DNA of 64,000 bases from Squalus acanthias (lineage: Eukaryota), in the NCBI GenBank assembly GCA_030390025.1, contig CM059432.1, positions 101,372,001 through 101,436,000 of the forward strand, in the 5' to 3' direction. Within the stretch, counting starts at the first letter, position 1, and every line of letters begins with the position of its first letter. The position numbers and the translations under genes were made by a program. Positions 37,151 to 50,440 of this stretch are shown in pieces. The notes beneath the pieces were generated by a model that saw nothing but the letters and a program-made list of their open reading frames with translations, ran no database searches and was not told the DNA's origin.

Positions 37151-37907
37151 GGCCCAGAAATTCCGTTCACAGGCCTCCCGCGGGCGGAGGGCTGCGATCC
37201 GGAAAAGTCTGCGACTCGACCGGAAGGCTCCCAGGAGGCGCAGAGTTCCGCTGCTGGGCCTCTCCAAACTGCCGGTGCGCAGGGCCCACGTATCCCAGAG
37301 GCGCAGGCGGTTCGCAGCGTCCCTGGGATCACGTGGGCCATGGGGAGCCAATCAGAGAAGGGAATCTCCCTTCATACATTTGACAGGAAGACCTGTCAAA
37401 TATATGAATGGAGATCACTCCCAAAACATAGTAAAACTTCAAATAAATTTAAAAAAAACATCACATTTTTAAAATGACTTTAAATTACATAAATTAAGTA
37501 TTTTAAACAAAAATGTTATTTTTTGAAAAAAATAATTAAAGTTTTTAACGGGGCTAAAAATAAACTTACCTTTCTTTAAAGTATTTTTAAAGGATAAATC
37601 AGTGGAAATTTTTTTTAAAAAACTTTTTCAACTCTTATCCTGGTAAAAGTAGGCCTTACGCCTGCTTTTACCAGGTGCAAGAATTGTAAGTGTTTTCTGC
37701 GGGCGGAGGGTCTCTAAAAAACGGAACTCTCCACCCGCAGAGGCCCTTCTCCAGGGCAGGCGGAGGATCTGTCAAGAGCTTTCTTGACAGATCGGAAATG
37801 CCGGTTTCCAGCGCATGCGCAGTGCATGCCTAAAACCAGCATTTCCGTTGGCCCTACGGGTGAGTACACAGCGCGTACACACCCGTAGGGAATGGAATTT
37901 CTGCCTC
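37151..37907 (+). mobile_element. Hairpin-chain Harbinger-type MITE, subfamily A
   Basis: TIRs cagaaattcc / ggaatttctg, ATT on both sides; homologous to 59071-61576 and 62403-64000. Confidence 0.88.
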
Positions 37908-39614
37908 ATTTATAACAAACAGCCGTTCTTCTTTATCGCATGGTCAAGTTGTATCCTCTTCAAGAAGGTTTAATTAGCAGATGAGGGGGGGATTACATCA
38001 AACCCTTTTAACTATTTCAATTGCGCACACTTCACTATATGGCCAGTTTGCCCTGTCTCTTTTTCCTTCACGATAAATTACCTGTCTGAAGGAAAATACC
38101 AGAAAACTAATAGTTAAACAATAAAGAAGCAGATGATATAAATGTGAGAACTTGAAGGGATACCAAACCTTTTAACTTATCTCACCAGCAAATTGAGCCC
38201 ATACAATTGGTACAATAAATAACATTTTTGAGCTAGCCCTAATTAACTTTACTCATGAAAATATTAAAATGATTTAACCAGAGGAAAAGAATCCTGAAAA
38301 ATTAACAACATACCTTTGCTAAAGAAAAGCTACTAGTCAGTGGGATAGACAAGAACTGCTAAAGGCCTTGAAAGATCAGATGGAGTAAGAAAGCAGAACT
38401 GGAGATGGAGGGATATGTATACTTGCAGGTCAGTGAGTAACCATTTTTCAGCTCAGAAAAATCAGAACATGCTTCATTGCAGATGCGATGGGATGGGAAG
38501 TGAAATTTTACAGCCCTGATTAGACTATTCTCCACTAGGTTAACAAGTGTTGTGGGGGTGAAGGTGTGGGGGTGGAGGGGTGGGCAGTGTTTAAACAAAT
38601 TTGGCAGTGGGATGGGCATCAGGATGAAACATTAGAGGAGAAACAAGGTGCACAGAGGACTGGGAGAGAAAATAGCATCAGTGTAAAGAATAGTTTAAAA
38701 TAGGAGGGATCAGATAGGGGGCAAATGCAAGGCAGTCTAAGTTGAGTTTGGAGTGGATGTATTTAAATACACGTAGCAAGGTAAATAAGGTTGGTGAGCT
38801 GCAGGTACAAGTCACCACATGGGACTTTGATATCGTGGCAATAACAGAGACTCAAAGAAGGGGAGGATTGGAACTTAATATTCTACAAAGCAGTCAGAAA
38901 AGATAGGGAAGGAAATAAAGAGGGGAGAAGTGGCAGTATTGAGCAAAGAAACTATTATAGTACTAGAAAGGGGTGACGTAATTGAGGGGTCAAAGACAGA
39001 ATCTATTTGGTTAGAATTAAGGAAAAATAGAGGAGTTATTACGCTGTTGGGTGTATACCATAGGCCACCAAATAGTGGGTAGGAGATAGAGGAGTAAATT
39101 TGCAGGCAAATTACAGAAAGATGCAAGAATTATAGAGTACTGATAATGGGGGACTTCAATTAGTCAACTATAGACTGGGATAGTAACAGTATAAAGTGCA
39201 AAGAGGGGAAGGAATTTCTGAAATGTTTACAAGAGAACTTTCTTGATCAGTGAGTTTTCAGCCCAACAAGGAAGGAAGAAGTGCTGGATCTAGTTCTGGG
39301 AAATGAAGTGGAGTGTGTTTCAGTGGGGAAGCATTTGGGGAACACTGATCATAATATCATTAGGTTTAGAATAGTTATGGAAAAGGACAAGGAACAATCA
39401 AGCATAAAAATACTCGACTGTAGGAGGGCTAATTTCAGTGAATTAAAAAGAGATCTTGCCCAGGTGGATCGGAATCAAAATTTGTTAGGCAAAACAATAA
39501 CAACAACGGGAGGCCTTCAAGAAGGAGATGGTTTGGGTACAGAATAGGCACATTCCCACGAGGGGGAAAGGAAGGGCATCCAAAGCTAGAGCTCCCTGGA
39601 TGACTAAAGATATA

Positions 39615-40509
39615 GGGGGAAAAATTCGGTTGGTTTCCGCCTCCCGTTAGCGCCTTAAGAGGGCGCTAATGTGGCACAAAGCAACTAGCGCCCGTGCGCG
39701 GCGATGTTTGCGCCGCTCACAAAATTGACGAGGCATTTTGTGGCAGCGCTAAACACTACCGCCACGATCTCCTGCGCCCGCAGATCGTGACATCAGTCGA
39801 ACGTGCAATGCCCCGGTAGCGCCCTGGACCGGATATTGAGTGGCGCTCCCTGTCTTACCGCCTGCCGCTAGCAACGACAGGTTGAGGGGAGCGTTTTGCA
39901 GTTGGGTAGGGACTGGGGGAGCGCTATTTAAAGGCGACCGCTTCCTGCCTTTTTTTGTCTGCGAAATTTTTTCACCACGCATTCTGAGTGAGAGAGAAGA
40001 GACTTCTGGAGAGATTCAAAGCTGTGTTGAGGAATTTTGGGTACTGAGCAGCACTTTGCAGCTTCTTTTTTATTTGATCTTCTTTACATCGATTTAGAAG
40101 AGACTTTGGGGGCTGCACTCTGAGCTCTTTCCCTGGGCCTCTCCATTGTTCTTTCCAACAGATTTGATGTACAGGTCTCTCCAGGCCTAGATTCAAGGCT
40201 GCAATGAGCAGGGTGTGGATGGAGAGCAAGATCGACCCAATCCCCTTTAAGAACTGACCGGCGACAGTGTGTCTGTGTTCCATTGCTGACTGACATCACA
40301 TGAGCTTCGCCAGCGCTTTGAGTTAGCGCCTCGCTCCTCGGCCTTTGCGCCTTAAGACAGATGTGTAGCGCCTGATTTAGCGCTCCAATCACCTCCAGGG
40401 GCGATAAAAGCCAAGTTTGCAGTCGGAGGCAATAATTAGCGCCAGGCGCTAAACTTTGCGCCCGGCCGATAATCGCGCCCCAAATGGGGCGATACTGAAT
40501 TTCTCCCCC
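39615..40509 (+). mobile_element. Harbinger-type MITE, family C
   Basis: TIRs gggggaaaaattc / gaatttctccccc, ATA flanks, many agcgcc/ggcgct subterminal motifs; second copy at 62741-63633. Confidence 0.88.
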
Positions 40510-40512
40510 ATA

Positions 40513-41243
40513 GGGCCAACATTTGCGATCGGAGGCCTCCGACCTGCAAAAAATCTATGAATGTACCTGGTGGCCCAGGAGATACGGAGGATTGTGATCC
40601 TGGTCCTCTCCGGGTCCACGCGGGCAGAGCCCCACGTATCCCAGGGGCGCCTGCAGTTCATAGGCGTCCTTGGGATCACATGGGCCGGCCCAACCAATGA
40701 AAGAAGGGAATCCCCATTCATACTTATGTGAGTTCCGTACGTACGGAACTCCAATAAGTATGAATGGGGATCACTTAAAAAATACACCAATACATGAAAT
40801 AATTGTTTTTTTAAATTACATATTTAAAATTAATTAAAATCCCATTTAATTAAATATTTTAAACAAAAATTTAATTTTTTGGAAAAAAAATTACATGTTT
40901 TTACGGGGCAAGAAAATAAACTTACCTTATTGAAGAGTATTTTTAATTTAAAAATAACTGATAACATTTTATTTTTCTATTTTTTTAAACTCTTATGCTG
41001 GTAAAAGACCCCTTTTACCAGGCGTAAGAATTTGACAGTCACTCAGCGGGTGGAAGTTGGGCAAATAGCGCAACTCTCCACCCGCAGAGGCCCTTCTCCT
41101 GGGGATGCGGAGAATCTGTCAAAGGGATTCTTGACCGATCGCAAGTGCCGTGTTTTAGCGCATGCGCTGCGCATGCCTAAACCCGAAACTTGCGCGGCCC
41201 CTTCGGGCGCGTACACACCCGTAGGGGTCACAAAATACGGCCC
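40513..41243 (+). mobile_element. Hairpin-chain MITE, subfamily B
   Basis: gggccaacatttg ... caaaatacggccc; colinear with subfamily A. Confidence 0.88.
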
Positions 41244-44200
41244 ATGGAGATTAAAATGAAGCCGAAAAAGGAGGCTTATGACAAATGTAAGGTTCATAGT
41301 ATAGCAGAGAACCAAGCTGAATACAGGAAGTACAGAGGAGATTAAAAAAAAGGGAATAAAGGGCAAAAAGAGTGTATGAGAATAAATTAGAGGCTAATAT
41401 AAAAGGGAACCCAAAAGTTTTTTATAAACATATAAATAGTAAAAGGGTAGTCAAAGGAAGGGTGGGGCGGATTAGGGACAAAACAGGAAATCTTCTTGTG
41501 GAGGCCACAGGCATGGCTGAATACTAAATGAATACTTCACATCGGTCTTCACTGGAGAAGAGGATGCAGCCAATGTAGCAGTAGAGGAAAAGGTAGAAGC
41601 GATATTGGATAGGATAAAATAAATAAAGGGGAGGTACCTAAAAGGTAGGTAGTACTCAAAGTAGAAAAGTCATCCAGCCTAGACGGGATGCATCCTAGTT
41701 TACTGAGGGACGTAAGGGTGGATATTGCAAAGGCTCTGGCCACAATCTTCCAATGCTTCTTAGATATGGGGGCTGTGCCAGACTCAGGAGGATTGCAAAT
41801 GTTAAACCCCTGTTCAAAAAAGCAGAGTGGGTTAAACCCAGCAATTATTGACCAGTCAGCCTAATGTCGGTGGTGGGGAAACATTTAAAGACATCTGGGG
41901 CAAAGTTAATGGGCACTTGGAAAAGTATGGGCAAATAAATGAAAGTCAGCACGGATTTGTTAAAGGAAAATCATGTTTGACTAACTTGATTGAGTTCTTT
42001 GATTAAGTAATGGAGAGGGTTGATGAGGGTAGTGTGGTTTATGTTGTGTATATGGACTTTCAAAAGGCATTTGATAAAGCACCACATAATAAACTTGTTG
42101 GCAGAATTAAAGCCCATGGGATTAAAGGGGCAGCGGCCGCGTGGATACAAATTTGGCTAAGGGACAGAAAGCAGAGAGTCGAGATGAACAGTTGTTTTTC
42201 AGGCTGGTGGAAAGTGTGCAGTGGTGTCTCCCAGTGGTCGGTGTTGGGACCACTGCTCTTTTTGATGTATATTAATGACCTGGACTTGGCTATACAGGGC
42301 ATCATTTCAAAGTATGCAGATGACAAGAAACTCAGAAATGTATTAAACAATGTGGAGGAGAGTAACAGACTTCAGGATGACGTAGACAAACTAGTAAAAT
42401 GGGAAGACACATGGCAGATGAAATTTAACACAGAGGAGTGTGAAGTGATGAATTTTGGTAGGAAGAATGAGGGAGAGGCAATACAAGCGAAATGGCACAA
42501 TTTTAAAGGGGGTGCAGGAACAGATGGACCTGGGGGTGTATGTACACCAATCTTTGAAGGTGATGGGACAAGTTGAGAACGCTGTTAAAAAAGCATATAG
42601 GGCCTGTGGCTCTATTAATAGAGACATTGAGCACAAAAGCAAGAAAGTTATGCTAAACATTTATAAAACAATGGTTAGGCATCAGCTGGTGTATTATGTT
42701 ATTTCTGGGTACCATACTTTAGGAAGGATGTCAAGGCCTTAGAGAGGGTGCAGAAGAGATTTACTAGAATGGTACCAGGGATGAGGGACTTCAACTAGGT
42801 GGAGAGACTGGAGAAGCTGGGGTCGTTCTCCTTAGAGCTGAGAAGGTTAAGGGAGATGTGACAGAGGTGTTGATTAGGGACCTAATGAAGGATTTTGATA
42901 AAGTAAATAAGGAGAAACTGTTTCCAGTGGTAGAAGGGTCAGTAACCAGAGGACACAAATTTAAGGTGATTGGCAAAAGAATCAGAGGCGATATAGGGGG
43001 AAAAAAAATTATGCAGTGAGTTGTTATGATCTGGAATGCACTGCCTGAAAGGGTGGTAGATGCAGATTCAATAATAACTTTCAAAAGGGAATTGGATAAA
43101 TACTTGAAAAAGGAAAGATTTGCAGGGCAATGGGGAAAGATCAGGGACTGGGACTAATTGGATAGCACTTTCAAAGGGCCAGCACAGGGCATGATGGGAC
43201 AAATGGTCTCCCTCTGTATTGTATCATTCTATGATTCTATAATTCTTAGTCGTGTAACAGTGCCTTATTCTCATCATCTAGTTTTTTATCGTTAATGTCA
43301 TTAAAAAATGTATTTAATTAGCCGTGAAGTATGATTGAAACTTTGTTTCCTCATATAATGCATATCACTACATCGGAAAACATGGATATTCATATTAATG
43401 GTGACAACATAAAATGCATATACAATTCAAACTACCACAGCACACTAGACTAAGGCATCAATAATTATTCTTAGTGATGTTAAAGTAATATATCAATGCT
43501 AGTGCTTATTCTGTAGAAATTCTGCTCTTCCATAGAACTAGAATCTGACCTTCAGTAGGAAGGATGATCTTCTATTACTGCCAAATCATTGATAGAACCA
43601 CAAAAATAATGAGCTATAAACAAAATTCTAATTCCCAAGTGAAACCAATAATAAATCTTTAATATTAAACCATTGAATGGATCACACCATCAGAGTATAA
43701 AATATACCCGTTCTTCATGGTCAGTGCCTCAGTTCCCAACATTAGATGTCATTTTTATTATAAATCATAATAGAATGGAGTCTATAATAGAATTTTGTAT
43801 TTGCATTAATCGCTTATGGAATCCAGTAGACCCTCTAGATAATCACCGTGATACTGGATTTCAGAAGCAAATTTGAAATCTTGGTCCAATTGACAGTAAT
43901 TTTGTCTCCAAAGGGTACACTTTTGTGCAAAAAAAATCCACTTGCTAAAAGGGTTATTTTTTCTACTCTATCACATTCGTCAGCTGTAGTACTTAATTTT
44001 AATAGGGTTTAGTTCAGCTTGACAAGAAGAGATTTAGACAAGGTCAACTTTTCAATCTATGGTTATGTTCCTTATTTTCTATGTGTATAAGCACTTTCCA
44101 ATTTATTTGCTAAACATCATTATAGTACTTGTAAATCTAATACATGAGTCAGGTAAACCCTCAATTCTCCAAATTATATCCATATCTGTAGTTTAAAATA

Positions 44201-44382
44201 AGCATTTAATAAAATTCAAAGTATTTATAGAGGTCTGACTAAGAGCCTCCTTAAAATTAGAACTGTAATTTTATACCATAAAGCAAAATATGGGATTTTT
44301 TTGCAATTGAAAAAGCACATAGGCTCTAGAAGCCTGTCTCTTTTTGAAGGACGAGTCCCATCCATTCACCTTCCCACCAAAG

Positions 44383-44877
44383 GCACCACACATTAGAAAG
44401 GATGTCAAGGCCTTGGAGAGTGTGCAGAGGAAATTTACTCGAGTGAAACCAGGGATGAGGGGTTTCAGTTATCTGGAGAGACTAGAGAAGCTGGGATTAT
44501 TCTCATTGGAGCTTAAGGGGAGATTTAATAGAGGTGTTTAAAATTATGAAGGGTTTTGATGGAGTAGATAGGGAGAAACTGTCTCCACGGGCAGGAGGGT
44601 TGGTAGTCAAAGGATACAGATTTAAAATAATTGGCAAAAAAGCCAAGGGGGAGACGAGGAGAATTTTTTTTTACTCAGCGAGCTGTTATGATCTGGAATG
44701 CACTGCCTGAAAGATGACGGAAGCAGATTCAAAAGTAACTTTCAAAAGGAAATTCGATCTCTACTTAAAAAGGAAACATTTGCAGGGCTAAGGGGAAAGA
44801 GCAAGGGAGTGGCACTAATTGGTAGTTCTTTCAGAGCCAGCACAGGCACGATAGGCTGAATGGACTCCATCTGTGCT
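44383..44877 (+). mobile_element. CR1 3' fragment
   Basis: RKDVKALESVQRKFTR..LEKLGLFSLE. Confidence 0.88.
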
Positions 44878-45128
44878 TACTTACTTACAAGCTAATGGTC
44901 GAATTCAACTCTTCAATTTTCTTTTTTTAGATTAAGTAACATTTTTCAGAATCCAAATGTTGTTTTATTAACTATTGTTTCTACTGTAACACTGCTTCAT
45001 TTTCCATTATTTTAGAGGAGATTGTGAATTACAGTACTTTAATGATAAACTATTAAATAGCTGAAACTACATAGTAAGGTAGGGGACAAGTGGAATAGAC
45101 TTGAGAAAACTGGGTTTATTTCTATGTA

Positions 45129-45462
45129 CAGGAAACTCTTGTTCAACCGGCACCTAAATATCCGGAATTCTCTCTTAACCGGCAAAAATCATACTCCGAA
45201 AACTCCTCTCAAATAATCGGCAATGTTGCCGAGTCCGAGTCCGAGTCTCCCGCGAACGCCGAGTTAGTCAGTAGGGGTAGTTCTCCAAAGTGCCACTACT
45301 CGGCCTCCTGGCGCTGTCGGAAGTCCGAACACGGCAGTAACAGGAGTCTGATTTTTGTTTGTTAAAAATAGCCTCGGTAGATATAACTCTCCGTTATCCG
45401 GAACTTTTGATCAACCGGCACCACGCCGGTCCCGTCGGTGCCGGATACCAAAGCGTTTCCTG
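45129..45462. mobile_element. Tc1/mariner (pogo/Tigger-like) MITE
   Basis: TA|caggaaactcttgttcaaccggcacc ... ggtgccggataccaaagcgtttcctg|TA; repeated tatccggaa and aaccggca motifs. Confidence 0.8.
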
Positions 45463-46586
45463 TACTACCTTATGTAGAACCTTCTATACAAAGTAGATTT
45501 TCTAAATGGGACATCCCTATCATGCACAAATCACAAGAAATGTTTCCCATGGAAAATGTTCACTCTCTATACCGTAAATACATATTTAGATGTCAAAATA
45601 AGAATATATCTAGCTAATAAAATCATAATGTATGTGCACACTTCCTGTTTGTCCATCATGCTTCCTGTGTCACACTCATGTCATTTTTCATATGGAAATG
45701 TCTTCCAGGTGATTGCCTCAGATTTTCTATTCATAAGACAGTGCAACATCACAACTGAGTGGGCACTAATCAGCAAGTAGGAAGCAGGATTGAAACCTGG
45801 CCATCATGAAGTTCAGAAAAACAAGGCCAGTTAGCAATAGCAACCAAGAAAGATAAACCAATCAAGTTACCCATAATATTTTTCCCCTATTTATTCTTTG
45901 ATCAGCCAACAAAGTTGTAAATAAAGATGGTAACATAAAACGTACAACATGACATCTTTCACAATAAAATGATTAAACTTAGCTACCAAATTGTCTTCTG
46001 TAACTTTCAATATTTCCATGAACTTCTTTGAAAAGCAAGGGGTTTAGGCTGGTCTCTCTTTCCCTCAGTTTTTGGAATTCTGTCAGCTGAGGAGAATTAA
46101 CTACAGCTGTGGCTCTAATTCCGAGCATGCTGCAGTCTGAATCTCCAAGCATGTACCAACACGATATATTAGGTAACCTTTCGAAACAATTTGAAGCATG
46201 TATTTCCTCAGCAGATAACAGTAATTAAGAGTTTGCTTGTTTATCGAAATGATTTCAAATAAAGTTGTAGCATGAACTTTAGAATATGTTTGAGGTGAAT
46301 TTTCAGAAAGTATATTTTAAAGTGTTCATTTTTAGTGAGAGTGCAAAATCATGAAATTCCCCCTTTTGTTGCAGATACAAAACAGTCTTAACAAAAAAGA
46401 GAGCAAATGCTTGTATTGACCTTGGCCAAAAATTTACAAGCAATTCGCTAGTCTCTTATTGATGTGAATAATTTTCAAACATTAAACGAATATAAGAGAT
46501 TAAAATCTATGAGAACATGAAAAAATCTTTTCGTCTTTTAAACTTACTGTTATTTTTTGATTTGCTCACACTTCAAATACAATCTA

Positions 46587-49233
46587 TTTTTTTTATTTGT
46601 TTATGGGATGTGGGCGTCGTTAACAAGGCCAGCATTTATTGCCCATCCCTAATTGCCCTTGAGAAGCTGGTGGTGAGCCGCCTTCTTGAACCGCTGCAGT
46701 CCGAGTGGTGAAGGTACTCCCACAGTGCTGTTAGGGAGGGAGTTCCAGGATTTTGACCCAGCGATGATGAAGGATCGGCAATATGCTTCTAAGTCAGGAT
46801 GGTGTGTGACTTGGAGGGGAACTTGGAGGTGGTGGTGTTTCCATGCACCTGCTGCCCTTGTCCTTCTAGGTGGAAGAGGTCGCGGGTTTGGGAGGTGCTG
46901 CCGAAGAAGCCTTGGCGAGTTGCTGCAGTGCATCTTGTAGATGGTACACACTGCAGCCACGGTACGCCGGTGGTGGAGGGAGTGAATGTTTAAGGTGGTG
47001 GATAGGGTGCCAATTAAGCGGGCTGCTTTGTCCTGAATGGTGTCAAGCTTCTTGAGTGTTGTTGGAGCTGTACTCATCCAGGCAAGTGGAGAGTATTCCA
47101 TCATACTCCTTACTTGTGCCTTGTAGATGGTAGAAAGGCTTTGGGGAGTCAGGAGGTGAGACACTCGCCGCAGAATATCTAACCTCTGACCTGCTCTTGT
47201 TGCCACAGTATTTATGTGGCTGGTCCAGTTAAGTTTCTGGTCAATGGTGACCCCCAGGATATTGATGGTGGGGGATTCGGCGGATGGTAATGCCATTGAA
47301 TGTCAAGGGGAGGTGGTTAGACTCTCGCTTGTTGGAGATAGTTATTGCCTGGCACTTCTGTGGCACGAATGTTACCTGCCACTTGTCAGCCCAAGCCTGA
47401 ACGTTGTCCAGGTCTTGTTGCATACGGGCATGGACCTATCTGAGGAGTTGTGAATGGCACTGAACACTGTGCAGTCATCAGCGAACATCCCCATTTCTGA
47501 CCGTATGTTGGAGGGAAGGTCATTGATGAAGCAGCTGAAGATGGTTGGGCCAAGGTCACTGCCCTGAGGAACTCCTGCAGCGATGTCTTGGGGCTCTGAT
47601 GATTGACCTTCAATCACCACAACCATCTTCCTTTGTGCTAGGTATGACTCCAGCCAGTGGAGCTTTTTCCCCCCTGATTCCCATTGACTTCAGTTTTACT
47701 AGGGCTCCTTGATGCCACACTCGGTCAAATGCTGCCTTGATGTCAAGGGCAGTCACTCTCACCTCACCTCTGGAATTCAGCTCCTTTGTCCATGTTTGGA
47801 CCAAGGCTGTAATGAGGTCGGGAGCCAAGTGGTCTTGGCGGAATCCAAAATGGGCATCAGTGAGCAGGTTTTTGGTGAATTAGTGCCACTTCATAGCACT
47901 GTCGATGACACCTTCCCTCACTTTGCTGATGATTGAGAGTAGACTGATGGGGCGGTAATTGTCCGGGTTGGATTTGTCCTGCTTTTTATGGACAGGGCAT
48001 ACCTGGGCAGTTTTCCACATTGTTGGATAGATGCCAGTGTTGTAGCTGTACTGGAACAGCTTGGCTAGAGGCGCAGCTCGTTCTGGAGCACAAGTCTTCA
48101 GCACGATAGCCTTTGCTGTATCCAGTGCGCTCAGCCGTTTCTTGATATCACGTGGAGTGAATTGAATTGGCTGAAGACTGGCTTCTGTGATGGTAGGGAC
48201 CTCTGGAATAGGCCAATATGGATCATCCACTCGGCACTTCTGGCTGAAGATGGTTGAAAACGCTTCAGCCTTGTCTTTTGCACTCATGTGCTGGGCACCA
48301 CCATCATTGAGGATGGGGATATTCATGGAGCCTCCTCCTCCCGTTAGTTGTTTAATGGTCCATTGGACTGGATGTGGCAGGACTGCAGAGCTTTGATCTG
48401 ATCCGTTGATTGTGGGATCGCTTAGCCCTGTCTATAGCATGCTGCTTCCGCTTTTTATCATGCATGTAATCCTGTGTTGCAGCTTCCCCAGGTTGGCACC
48501 TCATTTTTAGGTATGCCTGGTAATGGTAATGGTAATGACGGATATGCCAGGCCATGAGGTTACAGATTGCTGATGGCCCACAGCGCCTCATGGATGTCCA
48601 ATTTTGAGCTGCTAGATCTGTTCTGAATCTATCCCATTTAGCATGGTGGTAGTGCCACACAACACGATGGAGGGTGTCCTCAGTGTGAAGACGGGACTTC
48701 ATCCTGACTTAGTGAGGCAGTTGCTTGACTAGTCTGTGGGACAGCTCTCCCAATTTTGGCACAAGTCCCCAGATGTTGGTGAGGAGGACTTTGCAGGGTC
48801 GACTGGGCTGGGTGTGCTGTTGTCGTGTCCATAGCCGGTGCCGAGGTCGATGCCAGGTGGTCCGTCCGGTTTAATTCTTATTATTGTGTTTTGCAGCGGT
48901 TTGTTACAACTGAGTGGCTTGCTGGGCCATTTCAGAGGGCAGTTAAGAGTCAACCACATTGCTGTAGGTCTGGAGTCACATATAGGCCAGACCAGGTAAG
49001 GACGGCAGATTTATTTCCCTAAAGGACATCAGTGAACCAGATGGGTTTTTACGACAATCCGATAGTTTCATGGTCACCATTACTGATACTAACTTTATAT
49101 TCCAGATTTTTATTTAATTAACTGAATTTAAATTCCTCAGCTGCCGTGGTGGGATTTAACTCACATCTTCGGATCATTAGTCCAGGCCTCTGGATTACTA
49201 GCCCAGTGACATTACCACTACACTACCGTTCCC
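46587..49233 (-). mobile_element. Second copy of the tRNA-headed APE-RT LINE, with most of APE deleted
   Basis: Colinear with 29947-33182; large deletion near 48700; flanked by atacaatct / atacatct. Confidence 0.9.
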
Positions 49234-49439
49234 ATACATCTGTCCAGCTCTCTCAAAATAATTTGTACTAAATTAATGAGCATCTTATTGTTCATATTAA
49301 TAACTACATGGAATTAAATCTTTTCCACACTTTTAATTAACAAGTGCTTTAATTTTGGAAGCATCTCCTCTTGTCCGATGTAACTGATTCAGTTCAAATA
49401 ATTTACAGGCCTGTTCTTTATCCACTTACCTCATTAATT

Positions 49440-50440
49440 TAACAGGCTGAATTACATCTTTCACTCAGTCTTCAATTAAAGAGTGAAAACCTAATTCCAA
49501 TAGTTGATCCTCATTGTTTTTGAGCTCTCCTCTACTTCCATTTTGAAGATACAGTGAACAAAAATGGGTGTGATATTCCAAGTACGGCAATAGCAGTTTA
49601 TTAAATATAGTTAATACCATATCTCTGGAGTTGGAATTTGTACTTCTGAGAAGATAATCTAAAATGTTATTTTCATTATTAACTGCACACATCCATTTTT
49701 AAAGAAAGATTGAAAAATAGTTCCAAATCCTCCTCCTCCTTGTCTACTTGCAACAAAGTTTGAATATTCATCTTGTAATTCACATAAATGTCATGCTCAT
49801 CTGTACACATTAGTTTTCCTCTGTCCATGTTAAACACTTTGTCAATTATAACTCCAAACTGCTAGTTTCTCTATTTTGAATAAAATCAGCATCTGCCACC
49901 TAATTTGTCATTCTACCCAATGCTGTCATCAACAAATAGAGAAATTGTGCTTTGAATCCCCTTGTCTAAATCATTTTTGTAGATTGTGAAAATCTTCTGT
50001 AGTCTGATCCCAAAGGGATCCCACTAATCACTCTTAATCACATGTTGAATATTATTTCATAATATCCCTGTTATCCTTTGGTAATCCACTTTTATGCTTT
50101 CCTAATTTCACAAACCCTCACTACAAATGAAAGGCACGATTTGTCAGACAGCCACATCTTCATAAAAAAGTCTACTAAATTTCAAGCTATGATCCTCTGT
50201 TTGTACATCTGTGCTGGCTTTCAACGATCATTTTGATAAATGTTCCTAGAATGTGTCCCTTTTTATGTTCTCATATGTTTTTATCTGTTACAGATGTCAA
50301 GATAACTGGTAAAAAAATTTCAGGGTCCCACTTCTTCCATTTCTTGGAAACACATACCATGTTACTTTCCCCATCTAATTACCAGGAATCATCTGCATGT
50401 TTTCCACAACTTACCAAATATTCAAATAAAGCTCAGCTTG
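49440..50440 (-). mobile_element. Very degraded CR1 RT fragment
   Basis: LLLPYLEYHTHFCS resembles LVRPHLEYCVQFWS. Confidence 0.5.

Larger units (their letters stand above)
38700..43240 (+). mobile_element. CR1 LINE ORF2 (APE+RT) and 3' end, interrupted by two MITEs at 39615-41243
   Basis: [51 protein letters not shown]; tail ttctatgattctat; many stops. Confidence 0.93.

Noticed and set aside
37639..37890. Regular hairpins suggesting a CRISPR-like or terminator array
   Set aside because: Each stem has a different sequence, with no repeat-spacer periodicity; eukaryotic MITE context.
40084..40392. Similar minus-strand ORFs in both MITE C copies (also 63132-63407)
   Set aside because: Similarity follows from DNA identity; starts and frames differ and no domain is recognisable.
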